NCBI GenBank assembly: GCA_040285855.1
Contig: JAUFOQ010000004.1
Span: forward strand, 2,604,001 to 2,668,000
Origin: Eukaryota sp. GEM-RC1
Lineage: Eukaryota
Direction: 5' to 3'
DNA: 64,000 nucleotides
Positions within the stretch are counted from its first letter, which is position 1; the number at the start of each line of letters is the position of its first letter. The notes beneath the pieces are model-generated. The model saw only the letters and a list, made by a program, of their open reading frames with translations. It did no database searches and was not told the origin of the DNA. The position numbers and the translations under genes are program-made. Positions 10,052 to 23,900 of the stretch are shown here, one piece after another.

Positions 10052-10666
10052 ATGATACTTCTTGCAAGTAATTCTTCTTCAAGGCAACAACTGTTGACCT
10101 GGGCTCAAATTCCTTATAAAGTAGTCAGTCACAACAGTACAGAAAAGGGTTTCGATAATCTCACAGACTTAGATGAGAGGCTTCTGGCAATATCTCTTGA
10201 CAAAATGGCCAAAATATCAATTCCTTCACATTTTCTTGCTGATGCCAGTTATTTATACTGTATCACAGCTGATACATTAGTTCAAAACATCGCGACAGGA
10301 GAGATACTGGAGAAGCCCAGCAGTTATTCAGATGCGGTCAGAATGGTGAAAAGTTACTCTCAAAAACTACTGAAGGTCGCTAGTTCTACTGTCATTGAAA
10401 AGAAAGCTATTAAAGAAGGTAGAACGATCACACTGCAAACAAAGCAATGGGTATCATCAGCCATTATTGAGTTTTCAGTACCAGATGATATGGTTGATAT
10501 CTATCTAGCACACAATGACAACGCAGCACTGTATTCATCTGGAGCTCTCATTGTGGAAGAGTTTGGTTTCAACTTCTTAAGGACAGTCAATGGTTCTTTT
10601 ACATCTATTTTAGGTTTTGACGTGCCAACTCTTCGTTCTGAGCTTAAGGAGTTGGGATTTTTTTAG
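10052..10666 (+). CDS. maf: Maf family nucleoside triphosphate pyrophosphatase
   Basis: LLASNSSSRQQLL, ITADTLV, GEILEKP, SSGAL, GSFTSILG. Confidence 0.9.
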   Translation: MILLASNSSSRQQLLTWAQIPYKVVSHNSTEKGFDNLTDLDERLLAISLDKMAKISIPSHFLADASYLYCITADTLVQNIATGEILEKPSSYSDAVRMVKSYSQKLLKVASSTVIEKKAIKEGRTITLQTKQWVSSAIIEFSVPDDMVDIYLAHNDNAALYSSGALIVEEFGFNFLRTVNGSFTSILGFDVPTLRSELKELGFF

Positions 10667-10747
10667 AGCAATCTCGAAGAAATTTTATTGATCACATGGA
10701 CGGGGCAGCAAAAAGAATAAAATAGTTTAAGTGCTTCAGTTGCAATG

Positions 10748-11029
10748 TTAATCTGAGACACATCGCCTTTTGGAAGAAATAGTGTATGATGCTAGACGTT
10801 TGACACCAAGAATATCGATATCTGTGGAAATAGTTGTGAAAGACATCCACGAGTATCTTCTCAGAGTTGACTTGTGGAGATCAACACCAAGTTCAGAACG
10901 GTCTTCCTGTGGAACTTCCATTATTTTGAAAGAATGGCAAGAATGAGGTGGTGTCGAAGTACATTCAAAAACATTAACTGCTGAATCATCGCTACTACAG
11001 AGAGGTGGTGGGGTCGGGGACGTAAACAT
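10748..11029 (-). CDS. Hypothetical small protein
   Basis: 93-aa ATG-initiated ORF convergent with Maf; no motif. Confidence 0.35.
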   Translation of the reverse strand: MFTSPTPPPLCSSDDSAVNVFECTSTPPHSCHSFKIMEVPQEDRSELGVDLHKSTLRRYSWMSFTTISTDIDILGVKRLASYTISSKRRCVSD

Positions 11030-11583
11030 GAGATATAGAGATATATCCTCTTTGACATAAGTTAAGGTTACAAGGTCTCTTCGCAGAACGTTGAAGATTC
11101 AAAAGATCCTCTCATTATGGAGAGACATGTCTCCCCCTCATGATCAGTGAGGGCAGACATCATTATGTATCAGTGCCATGGTCATTGGAATATCATCTAT
11201 TAATGATGGGATCTCCATCACTTCATCTGAGATAGGACGAACAACATGGAACAGACTATGTACTAGTATACCTGGCTTGCTAGTATCATACGATGTCAAA
11301 ACAGATCCAACAACTACAGAGTATGCTTTCCACTTCCAATCGTACGCATAGTGTCTTGATATGTAGCAACTTGACGCTTATAAATGTGTCTAACAGCATG
11401 TGGCTTGATATAGAATCAAGACCAACCACAATCATTCAAAAATTTTGAAAATCAAAACTGTTTCATCCTACTAATAATACAAGCAACTTTATATTTGCTG
11501 CAAGCAAACTCATTTTCTTGCTTGTATTGGGACGCTATGGTGTGGTTAAAAGACGACTCCATTTGTTCACAGGGACTCCAAAC

Positions 11584-12030
11584 TAGCTGGGCACAGACTG
11601 ACTAGACTAGACTAAGACGAGACAAAGATACTAAGTAGTAGACTAAAAAGGGTTGTCCAAACATCAAATTTATAAAACAGACAATTTGTACTGAACCACT
11701 AGAAGTCAAGTACATTGAAGCCACCATCAGCCCAAGATTTTAAACCTACAACCGCACAAAGGATACAGTGCTTCTGATTGACACTTGCTTCTGGCTTATA
11801 GAATTGGTGACCGTTTCATCTCTGTTTTGGAGACAATGGTTGTAGAGAAAGTCTGAACAGTTTTTCAGAAGGTTCAGACATTGTGTAAAAATAATAGAAT
11901 AATGATCACACTAGTTTATTATGAACAGACTACAGAGTAGACTAAGACTAAGCACGTAGACTAAGATTTAGACCAAAAGTTTAGTCTAGGCCGTAGTCAG
12001 CAGACTAGTTTAGTCGAATGCCCAGCTCTA
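11584..12030. mobile_element. Non-autonomous hAT-type MITE (447 bp)
   Basis: 8-bp TSD CTCCAAAC (11576-11583, 12031-12038); TIRs tagctgggca / tgcccagctcta; GACTA/TAGTC subterminal repeats. Confidence 0.9.
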
Positions 12031-12964
12031 CTCCAAACATCATTTCGTAGTTTCATGTACAATGTATGACCGTTATGACAGGATCTTACAAGTATTGATT
12101 GTAATATATTAATGTAACATGATTTGCTAGACGTTCAGTGAATCGCTTGCTTTTAGTTATGTTATCGCGCTACAGTTTAAGACTACTAACGATTCATAAG
12201 ATAGTTTCGACTTAACAAAGAAGGTAGGCCAAGTAGTACTCGAGTAGTACTCGACATACTTTACTCGAGTAATTACTCAGTAGCACTTGAATACAGTATT
12301 TTCCCATCTCTAGATTGTGTCCCTTTTAATTGTACAATTGTCAAACAATACAATATCTCGACCAAATTTCACGGGGAGATACACTTTCATTGAGATTGAT
12401 TATCACTAAATTTAATCACAAATGACATATCTCCCAATGATTCAACCATAATTGTTCCTCTTACAAATATTTGATCTTATAACGACCTAGCCGCTACAAT
12501 TGTAGTAGGTCTTAAGGCTTTACGTTCAAATTGCTGAGTCTAGTCGACTAGTCGACTAACTAGCCGCCAGTTGTAATCGACAATCCTGGGCTTAAGTTTA
12601 AACCCATGAATGTCTTGTCTCATCTTCTTGCATTCTTATAAGAGCAACATTTCTCTACAAAACAAAATTCTAAAGGGCTTTATTTCAACCAAACAGAAAC
12701 TCATAACTGGAGCAAAACACTTCTATTAAAAAAAGAAGTGTTTTTGGGGATCTTCACGAGTTGTGATCTTCAATTGCACATCACTTACACTTGTACTTAA
12801 TGTGGCCAGTGGTGTATTTTTTTTGCAAAAGTTTTTTTATCATTTTCATACTTCAAAGAAAGTCTTAAATACTTAGGCCAGGAATACATTATATCAAATA
12901 AACAAAAGTACACGGATTAACTAAATAAGTCATAATATTTAAATATTTCTAATATTTGAACCAC

Positions 12965-14102
12965 TTAATGATTAGTTGTTTTTACCAAAAGCAAGCGACC
13001 GATTTGTTTGGCAAAAGGCAAAGTTTTTGTTCGGAATCATTAACATGTTCTTCAAAAGTTTCGTCATGATTAAAATGGAAACAAAAACAGCTTGTAAAAA
13101 TCTCATTAAATAAATTTAAATTTTTAAAACTAACATTACCACAAATCGCAACACACGGAACACCTTGTTCTCTACAAATTTTCCCCACAATCACGGGTCC
13201 TTTACCGTTCAAAGATTGTGAATCTAGAGAACCTTCACCAGTGATAACAAGGTCATAGTCTCGACATAAGGATTCAAAGTTAATAAATTCAAGGACAAAT
13301 GAAGCTCCTGAAACTTGTTGACCACCAAGAATTCTTAGGGCAAATCCCAAACCCCCGGCAGCCCCCGTTCCAGCTTCATTTCTGATGACGTCACCATTGG
13401 AGAAAATAGAGGAAAATGAAAGAAAAGACTTGTCAAGTTGACAACAATCATCAATTGAACCTCCTTTTGAGGTCCGTATACTAGTGACGCCCCGTTAACA
13501 CCACACAAAGGATTAGTCACGTCAGTAGCAAAGATGAGAGACACCTGTGAAAGACGTTTGGGAAGGTGACTGAGATCAACTGAAGTTATGATTGAGAGAT
13601 CGCGTGCGGTGAGGGAAGACATTGCCTGTTTGTTCTCATCATAAAAAATGGCTCCAAGGGATTCCAACAAGCCTACTCCACAGTCATTAGTCGCAGTACC
13701 ACCTAAACCAACTACAATGCGAGAGACTTCTTCATCAAGAGCATATCTAATGGCTTGTCCAAGTCCAAATGTAGAAGTGTTGAAGAGATTGCGTTGTTCA
13801 GATTTAGTAAGAGTAAGACCTACAACTAGAGCTGATTCAATGAAAGCCGTGTCACCTTCGGAATTAAAGAAGAGTCGGGAAGAGATACGAGATCCATAGG
13901 GCCCGACACATGAGAACTTAAGGAAGCGTCCAGGGGTGGAATACTTTAGAGCTGCAAGAAAACCTTCTCCACCGTCACTAAGCGGAATAACTTCGGTTTC
14001 AACAGATTCATTGGCTTGAAGCAGTCCTTTTTCGACCGCTTCACCAGCTGAAACTGATGAGAGAGTTTCTTTGAAAGAGTCAATTGCGATGAGGCATTTC
14101 AT
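12965..14102 (-). CDS. glxK: Glycerate kinase (GlxK/GarK family), frameshifted
   Basis: IAIDSFKETL, PLSDGGEG, STFGLG, GLGGTATNDCG, DVTNPLCG.NGAS.VYGPQK, ITGEGSLDSQSL.GK; shifts near 13465, 13360 and 13015. Confidence 0.9.
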
Positions 14103-14271
14103 TTGGAAAAATAGCTTCATCCGAAAATTTGCCAATTTGATTACATAATACATATATGTTACGTTTAGTATCGGAGATTCCATAACATTGTTGCTGATAC
14201 AACTTCAAGCAAAAACAATTACTGGCTCCATTTCATTGCTCAAAGCAGACAGCCATTCTGTTCTGCAGGAT

Positions 14272-14791
14272 ATAATAAGAGTTTATTTGCAACAATAAAT
14301 TAATACATACTGTTTCAGAAAATGAAAGAAGTTAAATTCTCCACATCAACACGAGAATTGTCCCTATACAACTTCGAATAAATGGAACATAAATACTTGG
14401 GAATGCTTCTATAAAGAGCAAACATAATTCGATTAATCCATACAGCGCTATTAAACACCTTGCCATTAGAACGACATAAAAGACTAAAATCACTGAAAAA
14501 CTTTAAACCGGCTGGACCAATATTACCAAAAATTGAAATTGCAAATGGAACAAATGAAAACTTAGAATATAGATTTTCATTAAGCTTCTGCAAAGCATCC
14601 GCATAATTTGAACACTTTCGCTGTTCAGCCTTTTCCAGATGACCATTCGAATCATTCAGTATGGAGTCTTGGTAGACTTTTGCAAACGGGTCAACTGTAG
14701 TAAAATCAACCACAACTTGAGATGAATCCAGAAAAGGAGCAATTAAGTCACCACGCCGAGAATCAAACACGTTATTGTCACTATAATGTAA
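14272..14791 (-). mobile_element. 5'-truncated RLE non-LTR retrotransposon insertion with a 13-bp TSD
   Basis: TGTTCTGCAGGAT at 14259-14271 and 14792-14804; RLE motifs RGDL..DFTTVDP, AEQRKC.NY, FVPFAISIFG; nearly identical to 51420-51930. Confidence 0.92.
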
Positions 14792-14906
14792 TGTTCTGCA
14801 GGATCATTATTAAAATCTAAAACTAAAATAATAGCTGTATTTTTGAACTAAAATTCCAAAAATATAAATAAATAAGTCAACTATTAACAAAAACTAAGAC
14901 TAAAAA

Positions 14907-17900
14907 CTAAGTTGTGGCTGCCAGCCACTGTTGCAAAGAAGTTGCAATAATATCAGGCAAAGAATCAAAATCTTTCACAATTAAATAATAAGGATATGGG
15001 AAACTATCTAAATAAGATTCCACATGAAGTTTTCCATTGGGATAAGTAACAGATTTCAAATTTAAAATAGAATCTTTAACATTTGGATTATCCATAATTA
15101 AAAAGACGGTCAAAATACGTCGCTGATGAGCCAATCTAACGGCAAGTTCCACGTCAGATTGATTGGAGAAGCGACCATCTGACAAAATAAAGAGCAACCT
15201 AACAGAATCATCTGATGCTTCATTGTTTTCAACATAGCTTAGTATTTGTTGCATCATTCCAAAGACATTGGTCAAATTCTGGTCAAAACTAAATCTACTA
15301 AGCATTTGACTGCCTAATTCGTCAGTGATTACACTAGTTAGAGGCAAGGAAACACGTGTGTCTTGACCAAAAGAGAACACAGCAAACTCGCCAATTTCGG
15401 CTAAAGAAAGAGCGTTCAACATTAAAACTAGAGTAGAAATAGCAATAGAGGAAGCATTAAATAAATTCATTGACTTTGAATCATCAATGGCGAAAAGCAC
15501 CTGATAATTACGTTTAGAAGGTTGAGATCTACGAAGCCAGATAGCATCTCTTTTAAAATTACTAGCAATGAAAGGGATAATTTTCTTCATATTTAATCTT
15601 TTGCCGGATTTAAAATCTCCTTTTAGTTTAGCTGCTAGGGTTGGCTCAAGAATTAATCTAAACTTTTCTGCAAGAATTAAAGAGAATGATGACGTTGATC
15701 TAGCATGACGTGACCAAACTTTGATTGCCTCCTCTTCGAAGGAATTAAATATTTCAGAATCCTGAAGCTCAGAATCAACACTATTTAACAAGTCCGGATC
15801 AATTTCAGTTTCATTAGAAAATTCTTTAGAGAAAGTTGCAACAGAAGGCCTCGAGTCAATCAAGGAAGATTCTGTTAATTCTTCATCCATAGTGTTTGTT
15901 TCAAACATAACTTCTTCTTCAGTTAGTTCTTTGGTAGTATCTTTTTTCTGAACTGAACTGTCTGAAGATTTTTGCTGATCAGTTTGATTTTGATCCTTTT
16001 TGGGAACGTCATCAATGTCTTTTTCTTCAGAAGCCTCTGGAATTTCTTCTTTACGAACACTATCTTTTTGCTCTTCCATGGCAGCTGCGTTTGCACCAAG
16101 CTTAGATTCATTAGAGAACTCAAATAGGTCAGATGACTCCGCTTCTTCATCTTCCATGGCCTCTGTCTCTTCAGAAGTTCGATTGTTTTGTGAAATAATT
16201 TCCAGATTTCTCATGAGATTTGTAGCGTCATCAACAATTTGTCTTTCAGAGTCAAGGGAATTTTGATCTCCATTTGAACCATCTCCTTTTCCGGAATCAG
16301 TCATATTTGATTGATTTGATTGGTCAACTTGAGCTTCATTGGCGTCATCACCATCAGCTTCTTGATCTCCATCTTTTTCTTGATTCTGAGTGCTACTTGC
16401 TGATTTCAACTCTTCATTAACTTGACCTTCTTGACCGTCAAGTCCTTGATTGATTGGGATGGACTCACTTTCCATTTCTGAATCGTGATCACTATCATGA
16501 TCTGATTGCATTTCCGTTTGTCCAGGGTCGATTTCCTCATCACCTTCTAAATCAGAGTCATGATCTCCATCGATATCACTTCCATCAAATTCTGATAGAT
16601 TTTCATCTGATTGAATGTCATCAATCTCATCTGGCAAATTAGGAAGGTGATCAACACTGTCTTCATTCACATTATCTTCAAGCTCATGCTCGTGATCAAC
16701 ACCATCTTCATCGAATTCTTCTTCTCTTTCTTCCTCCTTCGCCTCTTCTTCATTGGGCTCATTTCCTTCTTCAGTATCTGGTTCGTTACTCTTGTCTTCA
16801 TCCTTTGCTCCTAACTCAATCTCATTACTTTCAGCTTTTCCGCCAGATTCTTCTTTGGATGACGTGTCATTTTGATCTTCTTCATCATTCTTTCCTTCCA
16901 CTCTATCCTCTTCTTGATCAACTTCACCAATCTCATCATCTTCTACTTCCTTCGATTCTGGTTCCTCTTCTTCCTCTTTCTGTTCTTCTTCTTCTTTGAC
17001 ACTAGAGGTTGTTCCATTGAAATCGTCCTCTAAATCAAATCCAGTATTGGAAGTGTCCTGATTCTGATTGTCCTCTTCATTTTGATCTTCTCCTTCTAAT
17101 CCCATGATTTGTTCTTTGTTCTCTAGTTCATCGGAAACGTCCTTAGCATTAGCACTGGTCTCACCTTCTCCAAGACCCATTCCCTCTTGTTCTTGCTCCA
17201 TATCCTCTTCTTCTTGTTCTTCCTGAGGTCTGCAGAAGCCTTTGGAAGAAAGTTCTAGGAAGATGCCTAGGAGGATGTAGCAGAGTTTAGTGTAGCTGCG
17301 GAAGAAGTAGAACAACGACGTGGAAAGTTCGGTACATGAAGAAAAGAAAGTAGAACAGTCATTGTAATCAAATTTGATTGGTTTCGAACTTGAAATGATT
17401 GGACTGATTGATGATGTGACTTCTCCGATTGTTGATAAAAGACTTGAAGTTGTCGTGAAGGTCGAAATGATTGGTAGGTTGGGAAGTTGAGTTTCGACAC
17501 TTGATGGCAAATTAGAAAGAAAATGTCTAAAACTGGAAAAGAAATTCGAAAAATCTAAAAATTTAGATTTAAAAACTGAAAGAGAATCTAATTCCGGAAG
17601 GGATTGTGCTGCTCTGGTTAGAGAAATGACTAAGGAATCAAATTTGATTGACGAAAGAGTGGAAACTGACACAAATTTAAAATTTCTAAATTTGTTAGAA
17701 GTAACAATAGAAACAGCACTCCTAGTAAATTCCTTTAAATCAGTAAATACACTTAGATCACAGATATTACTTAATTCAATCAAATCCAATTGCTGACATA
17801 AAGACAACACCCCATTAAGATTTTCAACGACATCGTTAATTTTTAAAATACTTAAAGGAATTAATTCAAGTGGTTCTGATGATGAAGAATTTGTATCAAA

Positions 17901-20900
17901 ACCGGAAACGTGGGCCAGAAACTCAGATAACGTGAGTCTGATTGCAGCACACGTGTTGAAAAGATTCTGAAGATAATCTAAATATTGACCGACATATCTG
18001 GTGACATCATCATGATGGGGACGTGATTGAAGCAATCTCAAGCGACGTAGGCAAATCCAGAAGTAATTTTCAGATTTTTTGAAATACAAGTCATTAGTGA
18101 GAGAATTTGAAGGAAATGACGACATTATTTCGAAAATTTCAAAATTTTTACGACATAAAGAGAACTGTTTTAACTGGGTAAATAGAGACGACACTGCACG
18201 TTGCTTAATACTTACAATATTTAAATCTTTAGATTCTGGTACTTTTGAAAGCTCAGTGCTTTGTTGAATAAGGTCAAAAATAAATTCATCAATTTCAAGT
18301 GATTTTTGAATTAACACATTAGATTTGTTAAATTGAGAGGGTAAAAGGTCCGCTAAAGGCTTTGGTGTAACTGAAGAACTAGTCAAATAAGAAGTGGAAA
18401 TATTATCAATCTGTTGAACAACTTGAGAAAATGGGATGTTCAGCACGTTATCAAATTTGGATACACATTTGGCAAGTTGCCGAAGTGTTTTACCCATTTG
18501 ATACTTGATTTTGACTGGATCAGAAAGAACTGCTGAGTGCACAGTCAAGAACTCGTTTAATTGAGTTATGATTGGCTGGGAATTTCGTTTGATGATGTAA
18601 GTCAATCGGTCAACAAAAAGTTTTCTGGATTCAACTAATGAGAATAAAGCGTTGGTCAGGTTCGAATTATAACTTAACTTAGTTAGATAATTTCCCATTA
18701 ATATTAATAGCTTTAATCGTAATTCAAAATCAAATAATGATGAAGAATCCAAGAAATGATGGAGATTTTCAACAAAAGATTTCAAATAATCAGTAGACAC
18801 GTCATCAGGTGAGCTCAGGAGAGATTTAACAAGATGGAAAAACAATGGTAATGAAGATAGTTGCTTTTGATTCATTCTACGTCCCAAAATTAATCTAAAC
18901 TGTTCCAATTCCAATTTTCTCCACTTGTGACATAATTGAGCAGCGTCAACTACATAGTCAGAAAATTTTAAAAATTTAGGGGAAATCAGATCCCATTCGA
19001 GACAGCTATCTAGTAAAGATTGACCAAATTTCAACATTTCTATTAAAGTAACAGTAACTGGCAGATCCAGCACCTGAACACACAATGTTTTTAAATTTTG
19101 TAAAATTTGATTATCCGGATATTCCATTAACAGTTCTTCAACACGATCAAAAACCTTTTTAGTTGCAGTGTACAACTTTTGCAATTCATCAGGAGAAGAA
19201 TCTTTCCAGAGATCAGAAATGACATTCGAGGTGTTAAACATTTGATTAAAGAAAGATAACATTCCCAAAGCAGATGAAGAATCGATTGAAACGTCATCAA
19301 AGTGCTCAAAAAACGATGACATTGAATTGAAATAGAATTGAACATCACAATCTGGCAACACGTGACCAAAACAATCAAAACAGATTGGAACCAATGATTG
19401 GCCAACATTTGATTTTTTGCAAGTACACCTTGGAGAAGTTAAAAGAGTATTGAAGAAGATCAACTGTTTAAGATCATCATCAGTAAGCAAGGGGGGCAGA
19501 TTGATCTCTTCTTCAGGAGTGGTACCATCAGTTTCTGATTCGTTTTCAATATAGTTATAGTTGAAAACAGTATTTACAACCTGCAGAAGTTCTTGTTTTT
19601 CAAATGACACGTCATCATCGTAAGTCTGAGTTACAAGGAACTTTGGCTTTTGAGCTAGTTCTTTGCGTTCCATTTCGCGTTGTTCCCAAATAGTAACAAT
19701 AATTTTTAAATATTCTGAAAAATTACTCAAATCAAATGACAACGCAGCACGCGACATGACCATTCGAGAGAGAACACCAGACTGTTTGTTAGAAGTAGAA
19801 GAATTAAAATCAATGTTTGTTGACGTAAACTTAGTAACTGGATAGCAAGTTAGAATCTTCTTATTAGAAAGTTCATCTTCTAATGATAAAAGCAAATCTC
19901 TACACATGGATAAAATATAATGACATGAAAAGAAAAAAGGAGACTTGCTGTCATAATGACAAAGTGAAGCTATAAAAGAGACAAATGAATGTCGTAGAGT
20001 CGAAATGAAAGAAATATTTGAAATATTCGACAAAAGTCGAGGGAGGCTTAATGTTGAAAAGACAAATTGGGCCATTTGTTGAAGAATATTAGTAAAATCA
20101 GAATTCTTCTCATTAGAAACGCTAGTTTGAGACAACATAGACTTAGATTCGTCCATGATATTTTTAAATTTTAGATAAACATCAGTTGGATTAAGCTGAA
20201 ACAGATTTCCACAGTTAAACATAGACTGTAATTCCAACAAGATAGTGAATAATGACGAAGCAGAAAACTCCCCTTTAATTGACAGATTTTTGGAAAAATT
20301 GAAATTTTCAGCAGACATGGCAGGAGTAGAAAGACCAAATAACAACAAACACAGTGAGAGAAAAGACATTGATGTAGATGTGGGTAAAATGTTTGAAATA
20401 TGTTCAAAAATCAAAGCCTTGTCAACTTCGGGGCAAGAGAGTTGGCGACAATACAAAAGTCTTGTAAAGAATCGTTTGTAGTCGCAATTTCTAATGAAGA
20501 CTGTAGCCATGCCATAGAAAAGAAGAAATAAGAGAGAAAACAGAATGACTGGTTGGACTATACTTGAGGATAACAAAAGACAGAGACTTCAGTTGTCTCT
20601 TGGATTCTATAAATTGAGTAATATTTGATTTTCTGATTGTTGAAACAGCTTTTAAAATAAGAGGAGAAATTGCATGGAAAGAAGTACTGAAACAAGAAAT
20701 TGGAGAGGAATTTGATACCAAATGAAAGAGATAGTTTGACAAATGATTCAAAGTATTTCCCTCACTTGCAACTGATAGAACTTTTAAATAGGAAATTGTA
20801 AGAGAAATTAACTTCTTGGAAGCGCATGAAGAGGAAATAAAGAACAAATCATTCAACCAATCAGAAATGTAAACGTCATCAATTGATTGCTTTTGACCGG

Positions 20901-23900
20901 TTAACTCACAGCAAAGTACCAACGTTAAAAAGGAAGCGACTTGACTATTAATAAGATCATCAACCACTGAGGTTGGTGACGTGATGGAGAAGTCAAATTC
21001 AAGGAAAGAACTTGAGGTGCAATCAAAAGAGCAGAATGCTTTTGCCAATGTATCAGTCACGACTGTTAAAGAATCTTTACTACACGAAGGTAGCTCACAT
21101 AGACTCTTGAGAGATTTAAAAGAAGCAAGTAAAATACTAGAAAGTTCGTTTTCAGAATTTGGTAGAAGGGGAATACAGAAATTGATTAAGTGATTGCCAG
21201 ACAAACGTTTGATTGATTGGGACAAGTAGCTCAAAAAGATTGGTGATCTGCAAAACTTTCCAAAGTTGGAACATTTTTCAACCCACAGCTGGCGTAAAGA
21301 GAATTAACTAAGATAGAGAAAGACGAAAGAGTAATGGCATGAAGTTCGTTAGAGATGGAGAAAGGAAAGGCCAGCAAAAGACCACCAATTAACTGGAAGG
21401 AAATATACTAACAAAGTGGGATTTTTTGATGAATTCTTCTTTGTAAGGAGATCACACAAATTGATTGTAATCCAAAGTAAATCAAAGGTTATAAACGATG
21501 GTGAAGACGTCATGAAATCCAACAAACATTTGAGAAAGTTAATTGTTGAAGTAGAAACAGCATGAATAGTTTCATTAGAAGATCGATGAACTCCGAAATA
21601 GAAAATTGACCGACCAAAATTAGTTTTTGAATTTTTGAAATAATCAAATGTTGAAGCTAACCAAGATTGAAGTAGATCCAAAAGAGATTTAAGAACAGGA
21701 TCATCTAATTCCAATGTTCTAGAAAGAATGAAATTGTAATTAAATTGAGACTTCAATACATTAGAAAAGGAAGTAAATGAATCATTAGCCACGGCAGTGA
21801 ATAGGAAAGGTAGAAATTTGTTAAGAGAAACAAATGCATCACAAGGATGAAAGCAAACAATTGAGCTTGGTATTGAAGAGTTGAAAGCAGACAAGAACAA
21901 TTGTCTATCAGCAAAAGTGAATATCTGACTAATCAAGGAGTCAAATACCGACTTAGAGGTGATTGATACGTTCAGAAGAGAAACCTTTGCTTATCAGCAA
22001 CATCACATAGCTCTGAGAAAGTTGAAGCTACATCAGGGAATTGTTCAGTAGAAAAGAAATTATCTAAAACAAAAACTGAAGAGATATGCCATGAATTGGT
22101 CTCCCTATACTTGTAAACAAAAGTCTTAATGAAGATTTCAAATTGTAGAGAATTTTGACCAAATATTCTTCTAATTGAAGTCAAAACACTATACAAATTC
22201 ACTGGTAACGATGACTCACTATAACAGTTACTCAGACAGAAGGTATCAAAAACAGATTCATCCAAAAGATTTTTAGACTCTTCTTGCCTTTCCAGACTAG
22301 GAAAGTTCACTACCAATGCTCTGTTCAATAAAGCAGGAGAAACACTTCCTAAGGATCTGTCCATTGACAATACCACTCTAAAGAACTCGTTTGGAGGAAC
22401 CATAGATAGTCCATTTTCAGAGGTAGAATTTGGATAGATATCTGAGTGAGAGATTCCTCCATTTCTTTCAAATAAAGCATTCAGTTTATCAAGAACTGCG
22501 GAAGGACAAAGGTTGATGTTTTGAATGTGAAGTAAACTACCAGAGAGAACAGAAACAGCAAGATTGCCGAGCTTCCATTTAAATCTGGAGCCGCTGACGA
22601 TTGACTGGGATAACATCATGGCAGTCGAATTGAGATCACTTAAAGTCGTGATACCCGGCAACTGAGGTAGATTAAGAGACTGTAAATATCCGTACAGTGA
22701 TTCCCAACAAGAGAATGTTTGAGCTGACATTATGGGCTCGTTTTCCGTAATTGATTGGTTTTTGATTAAGTCTAACAACTTGTTAGAAATTGAAGAAAAG
22801 TTGTCTGCCAAAGGAATCTGTTTAAAAGTTGCCCAATCAATAACAGCAGAAAAGAGTGATTGAAATGACTGTGTGAAATCAGTCAATTCTGATTGAGGTG
22901 ATGATTGTACATATGATCCCAATAAATCAGAGACGTCAACACCAGGATGTAGAGAAAGTATTGACCTGCTGTTTTCAGGGACAAATACATTATAGCGATC
23001 AGTTAGGAAAGATCGTCTAAAATTATTTAAAAATTCAAAGAATTTTGACCTACCACTTCCTAATGGTCCATCCAATAGTAAAGGCCAATTCATTAGAATG
23101 GACACTACGCTAGACAACGCAATTCTGAACTGAGAAAAGAGCAGAAAACTAGAGTTTTTCAACAAAACATCGCTGTCTAACCCCAGTGAAGCCCACATAT
23201 CAGTATTTGATAGGATTTTAGACTCAAAAGTGCTTTCCAATACTGCCATTAATTCCTTTGCTCCTTGATCACACAAAGGAGCTCCAAAAGTAATAAATCC
23301 AGAAGCTATACACAACTCAGCAATAGAAAAGGATGAAGTTGAATTCATAAATGTTACTAAATCGCAGAATCTAAAGGCATCACGAAGATTAGGCCAATCA
23401 GGGGCAGTAAAACAATTAAATTTGATTGCAATATCACGAATTGAGCTCAGTAAATGTGAGAATTTACCAGCGCAATCTTCTAAAATAGGAAAACTTTTCT
23501 TCATAATAATGCATACATCATTAGAGGTTAAATCTTGAACTGTTACTGAAGTAAACCTATTCAAAAATGATTGAGGTAGACCTCTCCGTCCCCCACCTGA
23601 TGACAAAGGATTTTGACAGGCAAAAACTCTAAATGATTGATGAGCTTCAAATGATTGATTGAGTTCAGGGATGAATATAGATCTTCTATGATCTAAAATA
23701 GAATTAAGTCCTTCTAGAACCTGCTGTGGGGCCAAGTTAATTTCATCAAGAATTACCCAAAAACCATGTTTTAAACTGGTCAAGAGAATTCCGTCAACCC
23801 ACACGAAGTCTGCTGACGTGTCATCACTTGATGGATTAGGTACAAATGATCCAAGAAGGTCCATCATATCAGAATGCTCGGAAAAGTTAATTCTAACAAC

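Noticed and set aside
11120..11155. Palindrome gagacatgtctc and hairpin ccctca/tgaggg as an ncRNA
   Set aside because: Short stems compatible with chance; no tRNA or snRNA features
10052..14102. Bacterial contaminant or chimeric contig
   Set aside because: The genes are interleaved with eukaryotic genes and transposons of similar composition, with no operon structure
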